A stretch of DNA of 64,000 nt from Candidatus Methanomethylophilaceae archaeon. GTDB taxonomy: Archaea > Thermoplasmatota > Thermoplasmata > Methanomassiliicoccales > Methanomethylophilaceae. Under the pieces are notes generated by a model. That model searched no databases and was not told the DNA's origin. It saw nothing but the letters and a program-made list of their open reading frames with translations. The stretch spans positions 224,001-288,000 of the forward strand of contig CALUHR010000005.1 of NCBI GenBank assembly GCA_944320495.1, written 5' to 3'. This document shows positions 1 to 11,203 of this stretch, in pieces; positions within the stretch are counted from its first letter, which is position 1, and each line of letters begins with the position of its first letter. A program made the position numbers and the translations under genes.

Positions 1-299
1 TGATAGATGAACAGACATGATAGCAAGAAGGTCGCGACGCCGATGAGCGGAGCCATCGGAGTCGCGCCCCTCAGATGGGACGCGACGAAGATCGATGCGG
101 CCGCGACCCCCAGGATGGTCACCGGCACCCCCAGATCATCGTGGAAACAGAACAGCGGCACGAGGATGCCTATGGGCGTCTTCAGGAATTCGATGACGAG
201 AACGGCCCTCAGACCGAGTTTGAACACCCCCAGCGCGGAACAGATTACCCACACCGATGTCAGAATCAACTCGAACTGATCGCCCGTCAGCCGCCCCAC
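1..299 (-). CDS. Partial hydrophobic membrane protein running off the left edge
   Basis: Manual translation from GTG 299: MGRLTGDQFELILTSVWVICSALGVFKLGLRAVLVIEF...PLIGVATFLLSCLFIY, open to base 1. Not in the ORF track because it has no stop in the window. Confidence 0.45.
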   Translation of the reverse strand, partial: MGRLTGDQFELILTSVWVICSALGVFKLGLRAVLVIEFLKTPIGILVPLFCFHDDLGVPVTILGVAAASIFVASHLRGATPMAPLIGVATFLLSCLFIY

Positions 300-363
300 C
301 AGGGCGGCGGTATGCGGGCATCCTCTAAAGACCCAGCGACCCCGCGCATTCCATCGCATCCCG

Positions 364-386
364 TTCATAAACGCTTCCCATCCCAT
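364..386 (+). promoter_or_regulatory. Element promoter-like motif copy 1
   Basis: TTCATAAACGCTTCCCATCCCAT upstream of ATG 480. Confidence 0.6.
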
Positions 387-479
387 TGCCCCCTTCCCTT
401 TTCCCCGATACACCCCCGACATCCGAACTCCGATTCGGACCCGGCCCCGGCCATCGGGCCGGGCCGAACGCGTGATATC

Positions 480-2075
480 ATGCTAGCAACCGCAAGGAAA
501 CAGACGATCGCCTGCGCGGCCGTCGTCGCGCTCCTGGCGCTCTGCGCCGGAGCCTACGTCCTCATGGACGGCGACGCCGATGAGCGGGTGGAGTTCGCAT
601 CCGAACCGGGCGGATACGGACTGGCGTTCGAGCCCGTCTACGGCTCGAACGTCTCATACTCGGAATACGACCAGTCGTACGAGATCCACATGAGGGTCGG
701 CGACACCTTCACCTACACCCCCGAGACCAACTTCCCCGAGGCCGTCATATCCTACTATGGGAACACCGACGGCCTCTCCTGGAACGACGACACCACACTC
801 GCCGGCTCCTTCTCCGAGTCCGGCGACTTCTCCGGAGTTCTCACAGCCACCGTCACCCACGGCGACGGCGAGGACCCCCTCACCCAGCACGCCTACCAGA
901 GGATCACCTTCCACGTCTACGACAGGATCGAGTTCGCCGGTGCCAGCGGCCCCGGCGACGTCTCCTACGACTACGCCTTCGCCCCCGGGGACCTCTCCGA
1001 TGGAAGGGCAGTTCACCGCGTGGCCCTGGCCAGCGGCCTGACCACCCCCAACGTATCCTATGCGTTCGAGGTAGTGGAGGGCAAGACGGGAGTGTTCTCC
1101 TGGGACGAGTCCACGAAGACCATCGTCGCCGACAAGGTCCTCGAGGCCGCCGACGAGGGAGACTACGTCCTCAGGGTCACCGCATCCTACGCCTACGAGG
1201 GCGGGCAGGACTCCGCCTCCGTCACGGTCAACGTGACCGTGAAGGAGGGCGTCGCGATCACCTCCCCGTCCGTCTTCGACGTCACCCTCGGCGACGCCGA
1301 TGCGAGGTACCAGATCACCACCAACAAGGACTCCGACATCGAGCTCGACTACTCCCTGAACGTCACCTCCGGCTACGAGGGCATCCTCATCCTCTCCGAC
1401 GGAACCATCACCGTCGACATGGAGAAGGCGGAGCAGACCATGGGGGACTCCGAGAGCTTCACCTTCACCGCCCACATCACCGTGAAGGAGGTCGGGGACG
1501 ACTCCAACACCGACACCAGGGACGTCACCGTCACGATCTACGAGAAGCCCTGGACCGCCGCCCCCGTCATCGACGCGGACTCCGTCCTCGTCGAGCCGAT
1601 CGACGGCGACACCACCAACGTCAGGGTCACCGTAACCATCGAGCACGCCGACTCCGTCGTGTTCGCCTGGGGCGACAACTCCACCGACGACGTGAACGGC
1701 GTAGCGGACGTCTACACGATGGACCACGCCTACGCCTCCGGCGTGAAGAACCCCGTCGTCATCGCCGTCTCCGCCGAGAACGCCCACGGCGACGTCATCG
1801 GGTACATCATGTACGACCTGACCTCGGGAGAGGCCACCTGGTCCGACGAGAGGCCCGACGTGCCGTCCACAGATGACGATGCCAAGGAGAACACTGGGTT
1901 CCTCGCGGAGCACGGCATCCTCTGGATCATGTTCGCCATCGCCGCGATCGTCCTGGCACTGGTGTTCCTGTTCGGGGTGCAGAACCAGTACATCCTGATC
2001 GGCGTGGTCATCCTCGCCCTGCTCGCGGTGGCCGCGTTCGTCACGAACGACTTCGGCCTCGAGCTGATGAAGTGA
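480..2075 (+). CDS. Membrane-anchored surface protein (Ig/cadherin-like, PKD-like domains)
   Basis: ATG 480 gives an N-terminal signal/TM segment, an acidic Thr/Val-rich beta-type body with a PKD-like 'FAWGD' motif, and two C-terminal TM helices. The ORF-track extension 75-479 crosses the promoter. Confidence 0.8.
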   Translation: MLATARKQTIACAAVVALLALCAGAYVLMDGDADERVEFASEPGGYGLAFEPVYGSNVSYSEYDQSYEIHMRVGDTFTYTPETNFPEAVISYYGNTDGLSWNDDTTLAGSFSESGDFSGVLTATVTHGDGEDPLTQHAYQRITFHVYDRIEFAGASGPGDVSYDYAFAPGDLSDGRAVHRVALASGLTTPNVSYAFEVVEGKTGVFSWDESTKTIVADKVLEAADEGDYVLRVTASYAYEGGQDSASVTVNVTVKEGVAITSPSVFDVTLGDADARYQITTNKDSDIELDYSLNVTSGYEGILILSDGTITVDMEKAEQTMGDSESFTFTAHITVKEVGDDSNTDTRDVTVTIYEKPWTAAPVIDADSVLVEPIDGDTTNVRVTVTIEHADSVVFAWGDNSTDDVNGVADVYTMDHAYASGVKNPVVIAVSAENAHGDVIGYIMYDLTSGEATWSDERPDVPSTDDDAKENTGFLAEHGILWIMFAIAAIVLALVFLFGVQNQYILIGVVILALLAVAAFVTNDFGLELMK

Positions 2076-2239
2076 GCATACCCCGGGCCGTCCGTCCCGG
2101 ACGGCCCGAAACCCCTTCCCCCATCATCCCCAGCCCCCGCGCGTGTGTCCATTATTTCGGGGGCCGGGGTCCTCCGGACCCCTCCTTGTGATTGTCATTC
2201 CTTAGAACGTTTGTTAAATCGCCGACCCCCTCAACCCCT

Positions 2240-2262
2240 TTCATAAACGCTTCCCATCCCAT
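2240..2262 (+). promoter_or_regulatory. Element promoter-like motif copy 2
   Basis: TTCATAAACGCTTCCCATCCCAT, identical to copy 1. Confidence 0.6.
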
Positions 2263-2430
2263 TCGCCCATCGACCGTCCCCCGCCTTTATCCGCTCCGCC
2301 CGAGGGGACCCCGTCCATATACATGGACGCGGACGGGGTCCGCCGCTCCGATCCACTCCAAGATGGCGGCGGAGGCCCGTTTTGGAGTGATACACATGAA
2401 TGAGAAAGCAAGACGCATCCCGTGCGGGGG

Positions 2431-5400
2431 ATGGGCATGAGGCACGAGAGGCATCTCGTCATCGCGCTCCTCGCCGTGGCCCTCGTGGCGGTGTCGTGCT
2501 GTCTGGCGCTGACGTACGCGTCGGAGGATTCCAACGCCGAGATGGTGGCGGATCCGACGTACACGCTGACGCTACACGACGACAGCGGGACGAACAAGGA
2601 CATCCCGTACACCGTGTCCAGTGCCGTGAAGGTCCGTCTCCCGATCTACGAGTTCGAGAGGGACGGGTACTACCTTGAGTACTGGACGGACGGAACCAAT
2701 AACTATCGTCCCGGGAGCGAGATTCCCCAGTTGACGAAGGATACGACCTACACCACCGTTTGGAAGCAGGGACATGGGAACCAGCTTCCGGATGTTGTCG
2801 GTTCACCTGGCGAGGAATTGCGCATCGAGACGTTGAAGATGGTGAGCACCAGCTCTGTCGATTCGTTCTCCTGCACCGCATACCCCGAGGAATGGCTGAC
2901 GAACATGGGATACGCTTCTGGGGTCTTTGAAGGAAGCACCACGGAAGCGGGAATTTACTATCTCTGTTTCGACATCTCAATCTACCACATCAACCCGACC
3001 TACTACTGGTTCAGGATAATCATCGAACCCGAAGAATACACCCTCGACGATAAGTTCACTGTCGAATTCGACACCAACGGCGGAACCGTCGACAACGCCC
3101 AGGAGCTGAACAGCAAATCGGCACCAGTGGGAACGATCATCACCCTTCCTTCCCCCGATTCCTGTCACAATAACAACAACACGCTTCTCGGATGGACGGT
3201 CATGGTCAACGGCGTGCCGATGACCGCGATGGGGGTGTGCGGACAGTACACCATCGACCCCGATGCTGCGGACGTGTCCGAAGGCGAGCCGATAACCATC
3301 GAGGCAAGTTGGTATGCAGAGCAGTACGGACTGATCTTCAACGCCTTCGGATCGCCCGGTGTCACCGGTGCCGTGGCGAGGGAGGGTGACAACTACAAGA
3401 TGGTGGCCACCACCGAAACCCAGATTGGATACACCTTCGGCGGATGGACCGAATGGGACTCCACGGACACCGTCATCCCCATCGATTCCCTCTACACCGT
3501 CGAGAAGGGGATGCAGTTCTTCGGCTACTGGATCGAGAACGGGGCATCGACGTACCACGTCACCCTCGATGCCAACGGCGGGAGCGGTACCCTGAACGTC
3601 GACGTCAGGCAGGGCGACAAGGTCCAGCTGCCGAAGGCCATGCCTGACCGCGCCGGATACACCTTCGTCGGTTGGGCTGACGAGAGCGGGAAGCTGATCG
3701 AGACCGAGACTTTCACACCCTCGAAGGCGACAACGACTCTCAAGGCCCAGTGGACCCAGAACGTCAACCCCGTAGATAGCATCACATTCTCTGGATCGTC
3801 CGCAGTGAGCAAAGGCTCCAGGATCAGCATCCAAGCCACCGCATACCTCCAGTTCGACGACGACAGCCTCCCTGGCGACCGTCGCGTCTACTTCAAGGTC
3901 GCCGAAGGAGACGAGGACATCATCGAAATCACCTCCCAAAGCACCAACTCCACCGGAGGCACCTGCAGGGTCCTCGGACTCAGCATCGGCAAGGCCACGC
4001 TGATTGCCTACTCCGCCGACGGCAACTGCACCGTGGAGAAGACCATCACCGTAACCGCCAAGACGTACGTCCACACCCTGACCTACGACGCCAACGGCGG
4101 AGTGAATGCCCCGTACCAGGCACCCGTCGATACCGGAACGGCATCGTCCTACACGTTCACCATCTCCGAGCAGGAGCCCTCCTATGAGGGATACGATTTC
4201 CTCGGATGGGCGACCACCAAGGATGGGGAACCCGAGTACGGATGGGGCGAGAACCAGAAGCGCACCATAACCGTCTCCGGCTCTCAGACGCTCTATGCCA
4301 GATGGCAGGAGAAGGAGACTCTGACCCATCAGATCGTCTACGACGCCAACGGCGGCATCTGGTCCGACGGCGAGACGCAGGATGTCATCGGCACGATAAC
4401 CACCGACGAGTCCTACGAGTTCGCCATCAGGCAGGATCTGCCGACGAGATTGGGGTATCAGTTCGTCGGATGGTCGGAGGACAAGAACGCGGACCCCGAT
4501 TCCGAGGATCTCCTTCAGGCGAAGGATCCACTGGTTGTTTCTGGAACCAAGACACTATATGCGATTTGGGATGACAACCGCACAACATTCACACTGAAAT
4601 ACGACGCCAACCACGGAGATGCCGATTCCGTACCAGAACCTTGGACGGACAAGACCCCCAGCATCTCCTACACGACGGATGTTGACTTCTCCGTCATACC
4701 CACTAGGGATGGATACACGTTCTTGGGATGGTCTAAGTCGCCCAGTGCAAGTTATCCGGAGTTCACCGCCGACGGTGAAACCACGATCACTCTGCGCGCC
4801 GCCGCATCTGGTGCTCCGACTGAGGTGACACTTTATGCTGTGTGGAAGTTGGCATCCAACATCCATGTGCTGACGTTCGATGCCAACGGCGGTACGGGTG
4901 CCCCCGAGGCACTGAAGTCCGAGCCGACCCAGGAACCGTCATACCCCTTCGAGATTCCGAAGGAGGTGCCCACGAGGGAGTTCTATACCTTCCTGGGATG
5001 GTCGAGCGATCCCAACGCTAAGAGTCCGACGTACACCGTCTCCCCTCCCGACAATGAGGTGATCGTCAAGAAGGAGCTCATACTCTATGCGATATGGGCC
5101 CCGAGCGAGGACTTCTACTCTTACCAGCTCATCTACGATCTCAACGGTGGTGTGGGGGACGGATTCGATTCCATCGTCGAACCGAGCCAGGATAAGTCCT
5201 ACACCTTTGATGTGACCACACTCGAACCTGCCAGGGATGATGGAGCTAGATTCCTTGGCTGGACACTGGATGAGGATGACTCCTCTCCCGACTACGGACA
5301 CAAGACCGGCCAGAAGGACACGGTCGAGGCCACCTCGGAACAGCCAATCATCGTCCTTCACGCTGTATGGAAGGAGATTCCGGCAGGTTCCATCATCGTC

Positions 5401-5754
5401 CAGTTCAACACCAATGGCGGTTGCACTGTGGAATCCCAGGTGATTGCCAGCGGTGACAAGGCTACCGAGCCCAAGGATCCCGTTCGTGACGGGTACGAAT
5501 TCCTCGGTTGGTTCACGGCCTCTGGCGAAAGATGGGACTTCAACACCTCCATAACCGCGGATCTGACGCTCTTCGCCCTTTGGGAGAAGACAGATTCACC
5601 CACCGGCCCCGATGACGATTCCACCGTATGGATTGTCATGATTGTTGTAGGCGCACTCTTGGTCGCGATCGGATTCGCCACCAGAGTAGAATTCGCTGCC
5701 TACGTTGGAATCATCTGTACCGTCATGGGAGTCGCTTTCTTCCTGATATTCTGA
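2431..5754 (+). CDS. InlB B-repeat (Listeria-Bacteroides repeat) adhesin-like protein
   Basis: Repeated YDANGG...P.R.GY.F.GW...LYA.W units, a signal peptide and C-terminal TM helices. Confidence 0.9.
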   Translation: MGMRHERHLVIALLAVALVAVSCCLALTYASEDSNAEMVADPTYTLTLHDDSGTNKDIPYTVSSAVKVRLPIYEFERDGYYLEYWTDGTNNYRPGSEIPQLTKDTTYTTVWKQGHGNQLPDVVGSPGEELRIETLKMVSTSSVDSFSCTAYPEEWLTNMGYASGVFEGSTTEAGIYYLCFDISIYHINPTYYWFRIIIEPEEYTLDDKFTVEFDTNGGTVDNAQELNSKSAPVGTIITLPSPDSCHNNNNTLLGWTVMVNGVPMTAMGVCGQYTIDPDAADVSEGEPITIEASWYAEQYGLIFNAFGSPGVTGAVAREGDNYKMVATTETQIGYTFGGWTEWDSTDTVIPIDSLYTVEKGMQFFGYWIENGASTYHVTLDANGGSGTLNVDVRQGDKVQLPKAMPDRAGYTFVGWADESGKLIETETFTPSKATTTLKAQWTQNVNPVDSITFSGSSAVSKGSRISIQATAYLQFDDDSLPGDRRVYFKVAEGDEDIIEITSQSTNSTGGTCRVLGLSIGKATLIAYSADGNCTVEKTITVTAKTYVHTLTYDANGGVNAPYQAPVDTGTASSYTFTISEQEPSYEGYDFLGWATTKDGEPEYGWGENQKRTITVSGSQTLYARWQEKETLTHQIVYDANGGIWSDGETQDVIGTITTDESYEFAIRQDLPTRLGYQFVGWSEDKNADPDSEDLLQAKDPLVVSGTKTLYAIWDDNRTTFTLKYDANHGDADSVPEPWTDKTPSISYTTDVDFSVIPTRDGYTFLGWSKSPSASYPEFTADGETTITLRAAASGAPTEVTLYAVWKLASNIHVLTFDANGGTGAPEALKSEPTQEPSYPFEIPKEVPTREFYTFLGWSSDPNAKSPTYTVSPPDNEVIVKKELILYAIWAPSEDFYSYQLIYDLNGGVGDGFDSIVEPSQDKSYTFDVTTLEPARDDGARFLGWTLDEDDSSPDYGHKTGQKDTVEATSEQPIIVLHAVWKEIPAGSIIVQFNTNGGCTVESQVIASGDKATEPKDPVRDGYEFLGWFTASGERWDFNTSITADLTLFALWEKTDSPTGPDDDSTVWIVMIVVGALLVAIGFATRVEFAAYVGIICTVMGVAFFLIF

Positions 5755-5764
5755 GTTGATTGAA

Positions 5765-7915
5765 ATGAAAGATAGAACGATGCTGATGATGTCCGTGATT
5801 GTGCTGATCGCATCCGTGTTCTGCACAGCGGCCATCACATATGATCAGGACGTCGAGGGGGCAACCTCTCCGTCCAGTCTCTGCAGCGTGTCGTTCGTCC
5901 CCAATCTAAGCGGTGACGGACATGACACCAGCCAGGCCCACACATACGATGTCCTCAAAGGCAACACCATCGAACTCCCAACCAAGGAATTCACGAACAC
6001 CAACCACGTACTCATCGGATGGACGGTCGGATCCGTCGACGGGACGGAATTGTTGACAGGTGCCGAATATACGGTGAATGAGAACACAACGTTCTACGCC
6101 AAATGGGTGGAGACGAACGTCGCCGCAACCCATCAGTCCGACTGGGATTCGAACCTGACCGTCGGTGGAGAGTTCGATAAGACCTACTCGTTCGATTCGT
6201 TCTGGAGTGTATCCGATCCCCGCATCATCAGTGGACCCGACTGGCTTCATGCGGAGGTGAATGGAGACGGCGATGCCCATTTCTACGGTAACGCGGAATC
6301 CTCCGGAAGCTGGTATGTCGAGGTACTCTTCACCCACAATATCGACACTTACAGGCTCTGGTGGCAGATCACTGTGCCTTCTGCCATGGACAAGGAGATA
6401 ACTTACACCTATGATGGCAACGAAGGATCGAACATCACCCTTTCCTCGTTCACCCTTCGTGCGGGAACCACACACATTCTGGCCGACGCTTCCGTCACAT
6501 CCAGGGCTGGATATGACCTCTGGGGATGGACCATCCGTGACGGTGCGGGCAATCAGCCGACCTACGCTCTCGGATCTGCATACACGGCCAGCGAGGAGCT
6601 GTATGACAGATATGGTGCGAACCAGACAATCTCCGCACACTGGGAACCGATGGCCAACATCCTCATCCTGAACGCATCTGGTGCGGATGGAATATCCGCT
6701 CAGGTTGTCAGGGAGGGGGACATCCTGACATTCCCTGCCACCACGGACTACAAGATGCCAGGATACGTCCTGAAGGGATGGTTCTTGGACAGCGATGAGA
6801 ACGCTATTTACGCCCCCGGATACCAGTACAAGGTTGGGTCCGCCGCAAAGGGGGCCATCTATGCTTGTGCATACTGGGTAGCCGAAGGGACAGAGACCTA
6901 CAAGGTGACCTACAACGTCAATGGAGGGGAGGACTACTCCCTGAGCCAGGAGGTTGAGGAAGGAAAGTCCGTGGTCCTGCCCACAGAGGGTTTCACCAAG
7001 AAGGGTTTCACACTCGTCGGATGGTCCGAGAAGACTGAGGATGACGAGCCTTCCCTGGCCGGACAGGCATACACCCCCACGAAGAGCGTAACCTTGTATG
7101 CAATCTATCGCGAAAGTTCCTCTGGATCGGGAGAGACATATTCCGTGACCTTCAATGTCAACGGCGGAACCGGTGTGTTCCAAGCCCAGGAGGTGGAGGA
7201 GGGCGGATACGCCACAAAACCCTCGACCGATCCCGTCAAAGAACGGCACATCTTTATGGGCTGGTTCCAGACAGGTTCCGCTACCGCATGGGATTTCGCC
7301 AGCAAACCAGTCACACAGAATATCAGTCTGGTTGCCAACTGGAGGGAGCATTTCACGGTCACGACTGATGGTAATATCGTCACTCTGAACGTGGATTCGT
7401 ACTTCAGCAGACTCGGCATATCGACTGTCGACTGGGGAGACGGCAAGATCCAGGAGAATGTCAGCACCAAGGTCACCCACACATACGATGATGATGCCTC
7501 TGGAACCATCACGGTGACGACGAAGCAGACTGGGGCATCCACGACGTACGTCTCGTCCTACAAGTTCTCCATCGGAGAGGGCGGAGGCACCCCACTGAAG
7601 GCGGTGGGCAAGATTACCGACAACGGGGACGGCACATGGACCCTCAGTGCTGAAGGTTCCACAGGCATGGACTCCTACGCATGGTACGTCAACGATGAGT
7701 TCGTCGGCGATAAGGCAACCGTAACTCTCGAGAATCTCGAGGATGGCAGGTATGACGTGAAGCTGGTGGTTGATGCCGATGGTGCAGAAAAGCCGTCCGA
7801 ATGGAAAGGCTCCTTCACAGTTGGAGATACTTTCGACTACACACTGATTATCTATGCCGTGGTCATCGTCGTGGTTATCATCGCACTGATAATGGTAGCG
7901 AGGAACTTCCTATGA
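5765..7915 (+). CDS. InlB B-repeat plus PKD-like adhesin
   Basis: YNVNGG...GFTLVGW repeats, a PKD-like 'VDWGDG' motif, a signal peptide and a C-terminal TM helix. Confidence 0.88.
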   Translation: MKDRTMLMMSVIVLIASVFCTAAITYDQDVEGATSPSSLCSVSFVPNLSGDGHDTSQAHTYDVLKGNTIELPTKEFTNTNHVLIGWTVGSVDGTELLTGAEYTVNENTTFYAKWVETNVAATHQSDWDSNLTVGGEFDKTYSFDSFWSVSDPRIISGPDWLHAEVNGDGDAHFYGNAESSGSWYVEVLFTHNIDTYRLWWQITVPSAMDKEITYTYDGNEGSNITLSSFTLRAGTTHILADASVTSRAGYDLWGWTIRDGAGNQPTYALGSAYTASEELYDRYGANQTISAHWEPMANILILNASGADGISAQVVREGDILTFPATTDYKMPGYVLKGWFLDSDENAIYAPGYQYKVGSAAKGAIYACAYWVAEGTETYKVTYNVNGGEDYSLSQEVEEGKSVVLPTEGFTKKGFTLVGWSEKTEDDEPSLAGQAYTPTKSVTLYAIYRESSSGSGETYSVTFNVNGGTGVFQAQEVEEGGYATKPSTDPVKERHIFMGWFQTGSATAWDFASKPVTQNISLVANWREHFTVTTDGNIVTLNVDSYFSRLGISTVDWGDGKIQENVSTKVTHTYDDDASGTITVTTKQTGASTTYVSSYKFSIGEGGGTPLKAVGKITDNGDGTWTLSAEGSTGMDSYAWYVNDEFVGDKATVTLENLEDGRYDVKLVVDADGAEKPSEWKGSFTVGDTFDYTLIIYAVVIVVVIIALIMVARNFL

Positions 7916-9816
7916 CTGAGACGCTGAATACCAGCCGTAAGCGCATCTTCGCCATCGGTGCCGTATTCATGCTACTCTTCGCCGGATTGGCAGTTACGGC
8001 GACGGATGACGAGAACGAGTCTCAGGCCCTGATCATCGACAATTCCACGGCTTTCGCCATCGGTGTTTCGGTGGGTCTCGGCATCGCCGCCGTAACCATC
8101 ACAGTCCTGGATCTCGTACTCGACAGGACGGAGGAGGAATTCGAGGAGGCCAACCGTTCGGCTGAAGCGGGCATAGTCGCCAGTGCGCTCATTTCCACAG
8201 TAGCCCAGTATGAGAACTCCCTGTCTCAGGTTGCCAACATCTGGCCCTTGACCAATGACCACTGGGTGAGACAGGCCGAGATGACCGCCGCATCGATGTG
8301 GTCCTTTGGCGAGGAGCTGGATTTCGACGAGCTCCTGGTTCAATCGGACATCTTCAACAACATCGGCCAGAATCTCGATAACCTGTCGTCCCAGTTCAAC
8401 GACACTTGGGACACGATAGGGGAACGTGTGAAGGAGTGGAATACCACCGAATTCGCCGAAGTATATGGGACTGGAATGATGTCGATCAGCGTCGACTACG
8501 GCAGCAACCATCTGACCGCCGATTCCGGAGAGGACTTTGACATAGGCGTTGGAATCGTCCTTCGCGACGTCGTCAAGGGACAAGACCAGGCATGGCTTTC
8601 CGGCGGAGCTCTGTATGCCTCCGAGGAATGCACAATCACGGACGGAGAACACGTCGTCAATCTCGGAAAGGGCTGGAACACACTGCCCGAACCCGACGAA
8701 TTCTACGGAGGAATCTGGACATTCCCCGCTGGCGTGACATTCTGCGGGAATATAGTACCGATCGTCGGATCTGGCGGTGCCGAAGGCGTTGCCGGACTAG
8801 TGGCCGACATAAACGGCGAGACGAAGGTCTTCACGGCCGCCAACTACGAGGAAACGTCCGAGCTCTACAAACCGACTTGCGATGCGTACGATGGTGACAG
8901 CTACTATGACGAAGTCTCGGTCTCCATCACACCGAAGGAATCCGAGAATGCCCAGTCCCTGGACATCACGGACGTCCTTGCCAGATACCAGATGATTCTC
9001 CAGACTCTGGAGGCCACACTGCCCGTCTGCGTGGATGCGGCCTCCACGGTATGGGAGATCTACAACATGTCTGGCGAGGCCAACCTATACCTGACAACCC
9101 TCATGGTCCCAGAGGAATACGAGAACGTCCGTCTCACCGATGACCAGCGTACCATGATTACCATCTTCGCGATGGATCAGCTCACGCAGTACTGGGAAGA
9201 CAACGGCGACGAGGTTAGAAAGACATCCTACACCATGACCAAGGAATCGATGTCGCTGTATTGCCGTGGCAACGTCGTCGTCACGGACTACAGTGTTGAC
9301 GGCACCTCTAAGGCCGTGGTGTACGAGGACGTTATCTTCACGCCCCTGTTCAGCGAGGATTACAACCTCAAAACGGGAATGAACGAGATTACGGATGCGG
9401 GATCCGTCATGATCTGGGGCAAGGGACAGTCCCTCTCCACTTTTGACGTGACCGATCCGGAGATGGCGGTCCTGATTCCCGTGGCCAAGGGAGTGAAACT
9501 CGAGGTTGCGGCCATCATGTACAGCGGAGAGTACGTCGACTCTCTCCAGCTCAATGCGGTCAACGTGGATAACGTGGAATCTGACACACCCATAATCCCC
9601 GACCCTCCGAAGCCTCAGCCCAACAACGATCTGGATGAACTCATCCGTCTCATTATGGTCGTCGCTGGGCTGCTTATTCTGCTGTGGGGGTTGAGGACCA
9701 TGGACGTACGGTTTATCATCATCGGAATCGCAGTGATGGTTGCCGGAATCATCTTCGCTGAGAAGATCGAGAATCTGCTCCAGAGCGCCTTCGGCTGGGA
9801 ATTCCGCTGGCCCTGA
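7912..9816 (+). CDS. Membrane protein, candidate pleolipovirus-type spike/fusogen
   Basis: ATG 7912 overlaps the upstream stop (ATGA). Signal peptide, then a Gly/Ala hydrophobic segment (AFAIGVSVGLGIAAVTITVL), a large ectodomain and two C-terminal TM helices. The spike call is inference. Confidence 0.5.
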   Translation: MTETLNTSRKRIFAIGAVFMLLFAGLAVTATDDENESQALIIDNSTAFAIGVSVGLGIAAVTITVLDLVLDRTEEEFEEANRSAEAGIVASALISTVAQYENSLSQVANIWPLTNDHWVRQAEMTAASMWSFGEELDFDELLVQSDIFNNIGQNLDNLSSQFNDTWDTIGERVKEWNTTEFAEVYGTGMMSISVDYGSNHLTADSGEDFDIGVGIVLRDVVKGQDQAWLSGGALYASEECTITDGEHVVNLGKGWNTLPEPDEFYGGIWTFPAGVTFCGNIVPIVGSGGAEGVAGLVADINGETKVFTAANYEETSELYKPTCDAYDGDSYYDEVSVSITPKESENAQSLDITDVLARYQMILQTLEATLPVCVDAASTVWEIYNMSGEANLYLTTLMVPEEYENVRLTDDQRTMITIFAMDQLTQYWEDNGDEVRKTSYTMTKESMSLYCRGNVVVTDYSVDGTSKAVVYEDVIFTPLFSEDYNLKTGMNEITDAGSVMIWGKGQSLSTFDVTDPEMAVLIPVAKGVKLEVAAIMYSGEYVDSLQLNAVNVDNVESDTPIIPDPPKPQPNNDLDELIRLIMVVAGLLILLWGLRTMDVRFIIIGIAVMVAGIIFAEKIENLLQSAFGWEFRWP

Positions 9817-9928
9817 GTCCTGAACCATTAACCAAATGGGCCTAACGGCCCAAAATCCCCTTCCAATCCCATTATTCGAACAGAAGAGTCAGGAAGCGCA
9901 TTTATCCTGACCACCTCATCACGACACC

Positions 9929-10564
9929 ATGAACCACAAGACGGCTGCCGTGGTCGTCATCGCGGTCGTCATCCTGGCCGGTGCCGGACTCATTCTTTAC
10001 AACGAGGATCGCAAGGCCCACGCGGATGACCCCGCATACATCCTCCACGGCAATGGCGGAGTCCTGACGGACGGATCGGAGACCTACGAGAACAGATGGA
10101 CCCTTGAAGGCTGTCGTTTCTCCAATGCGGACCGCACATTCGTCGGATGGAACTCGGAACCCGACGGCAAGGGCGAGTGGCATCAGATCGGCGAACGCAG
10201 CGATGACCGGAACATCGACCTGTACGCACAGTGGGGATTCGGATTGAAGATTACCGTCATCGACGGGACTTCCGATGGGATACTGGACGGATACAACGGA
10301 TTCCTCACCTACGGGAACAAGGAATGGCGTCTCCTGGCGGACATGGTGATTCCGTCCGCCGGGGCCGAACTGACCCTGGACACGCACATGGAGTGGGAAT
10401 TCGACGGACTCCGCTTCACCGATTCGCAGAACCTCTACACGATTGAGATCGACATCGAGGGCGGCGTAGTGACATCCAGCTCCGCCAGCGGTGGCGACGT
10501 CGTCCTCTACCTGGACCCCATCACCGATACCGAACTCACCGTGACCGTCACCGACATCGACTGA
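9929..10564 (+). CDS. Small exported protein with one InlB-like repeat
   Basis: N-terminal TM helix and LHGNGG...RTFVGWN...LYAQW motif. Confidence 0.75.
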   Translation: MNHKTAAVVVIAVVILAGAGLILYNEDRKAHADDPAYILHGNGGVLTDGSETYENRWTLEGCRFSNADRTFVGWNSEPDGKGEWHQIGERSDDRNIDLYAQWGFGLKITVIDGTSDGILDGYNGFLTYGNKEWRLLADMVIPSAGAELTLDTHMEWEFDGLRFTDSQNLYTIEIDIEGGVVTSSSASGGDVVLYLDPITDTELTVTVTDID

Positions 10565-10630
10565 TGCCGGTTTCGAATCGGTCCAAACCCCTTCCCACCC
10601 CTATTATACCCGCCCTCCCATCCACACCCC

Positions 10631-11200
10631 ATGTCCAGCATCCGCGTCGTCCGTCAGAGGATCCAACCCTGGAAGGGGCGCGACTGCACCGCCGAGAGGT
10701 ACTACGTGAACGACTGGGTCGACCGCATCCAGCACAACCTCCTCCTCTACGCCTCCCGGAATCCCGGCACCCCGTCGCTGTCCCTTCTCCGCAAGGTCGG
10801 GAAGGTGTGGTACGACTCCAACGCGGGATGCCACGTCGACGGGATCTTCGACAGCTATCTGGCCCGGTTCATCGCCCGCACCATGGAGGACACCCAGTTC
10901 CTCGAATCCGAGTACAACGTACCCTACGGAACTACCGAGATCGTGGACTGGACGTCGCTCGTCGACGCCGTTCCCATGGAGGAGCGCAACGGGATATGCG
11001 TCTTCAGCCACGGCGGACGCGAGTACCTCGTGGAGCGCGGATACTACGAACACGCCCGCCGCACGATCCAAGCCTACCGTCTGTTCGACGGCACGGTGGA
11101 CTTCGAGACGGAGTCCGCCGACCTGATGGAGCTCGTCCGCAGGCTGATCGGAGACGACGGGCATGAGGGGATCGTGCCGCTGTCGTCGATGTTCTCGCGA
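10631..11200 (+). CDS. Hypothetical protein (ends at CGA 11198-11200; standard-code end 12181)
   Basis: Coding-like codon use for about 190 codons. Beyond the CGA the ORF is antisense to the R-M gene. Confidence 0.65.
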
Positions 11201-11203
11201 CCT

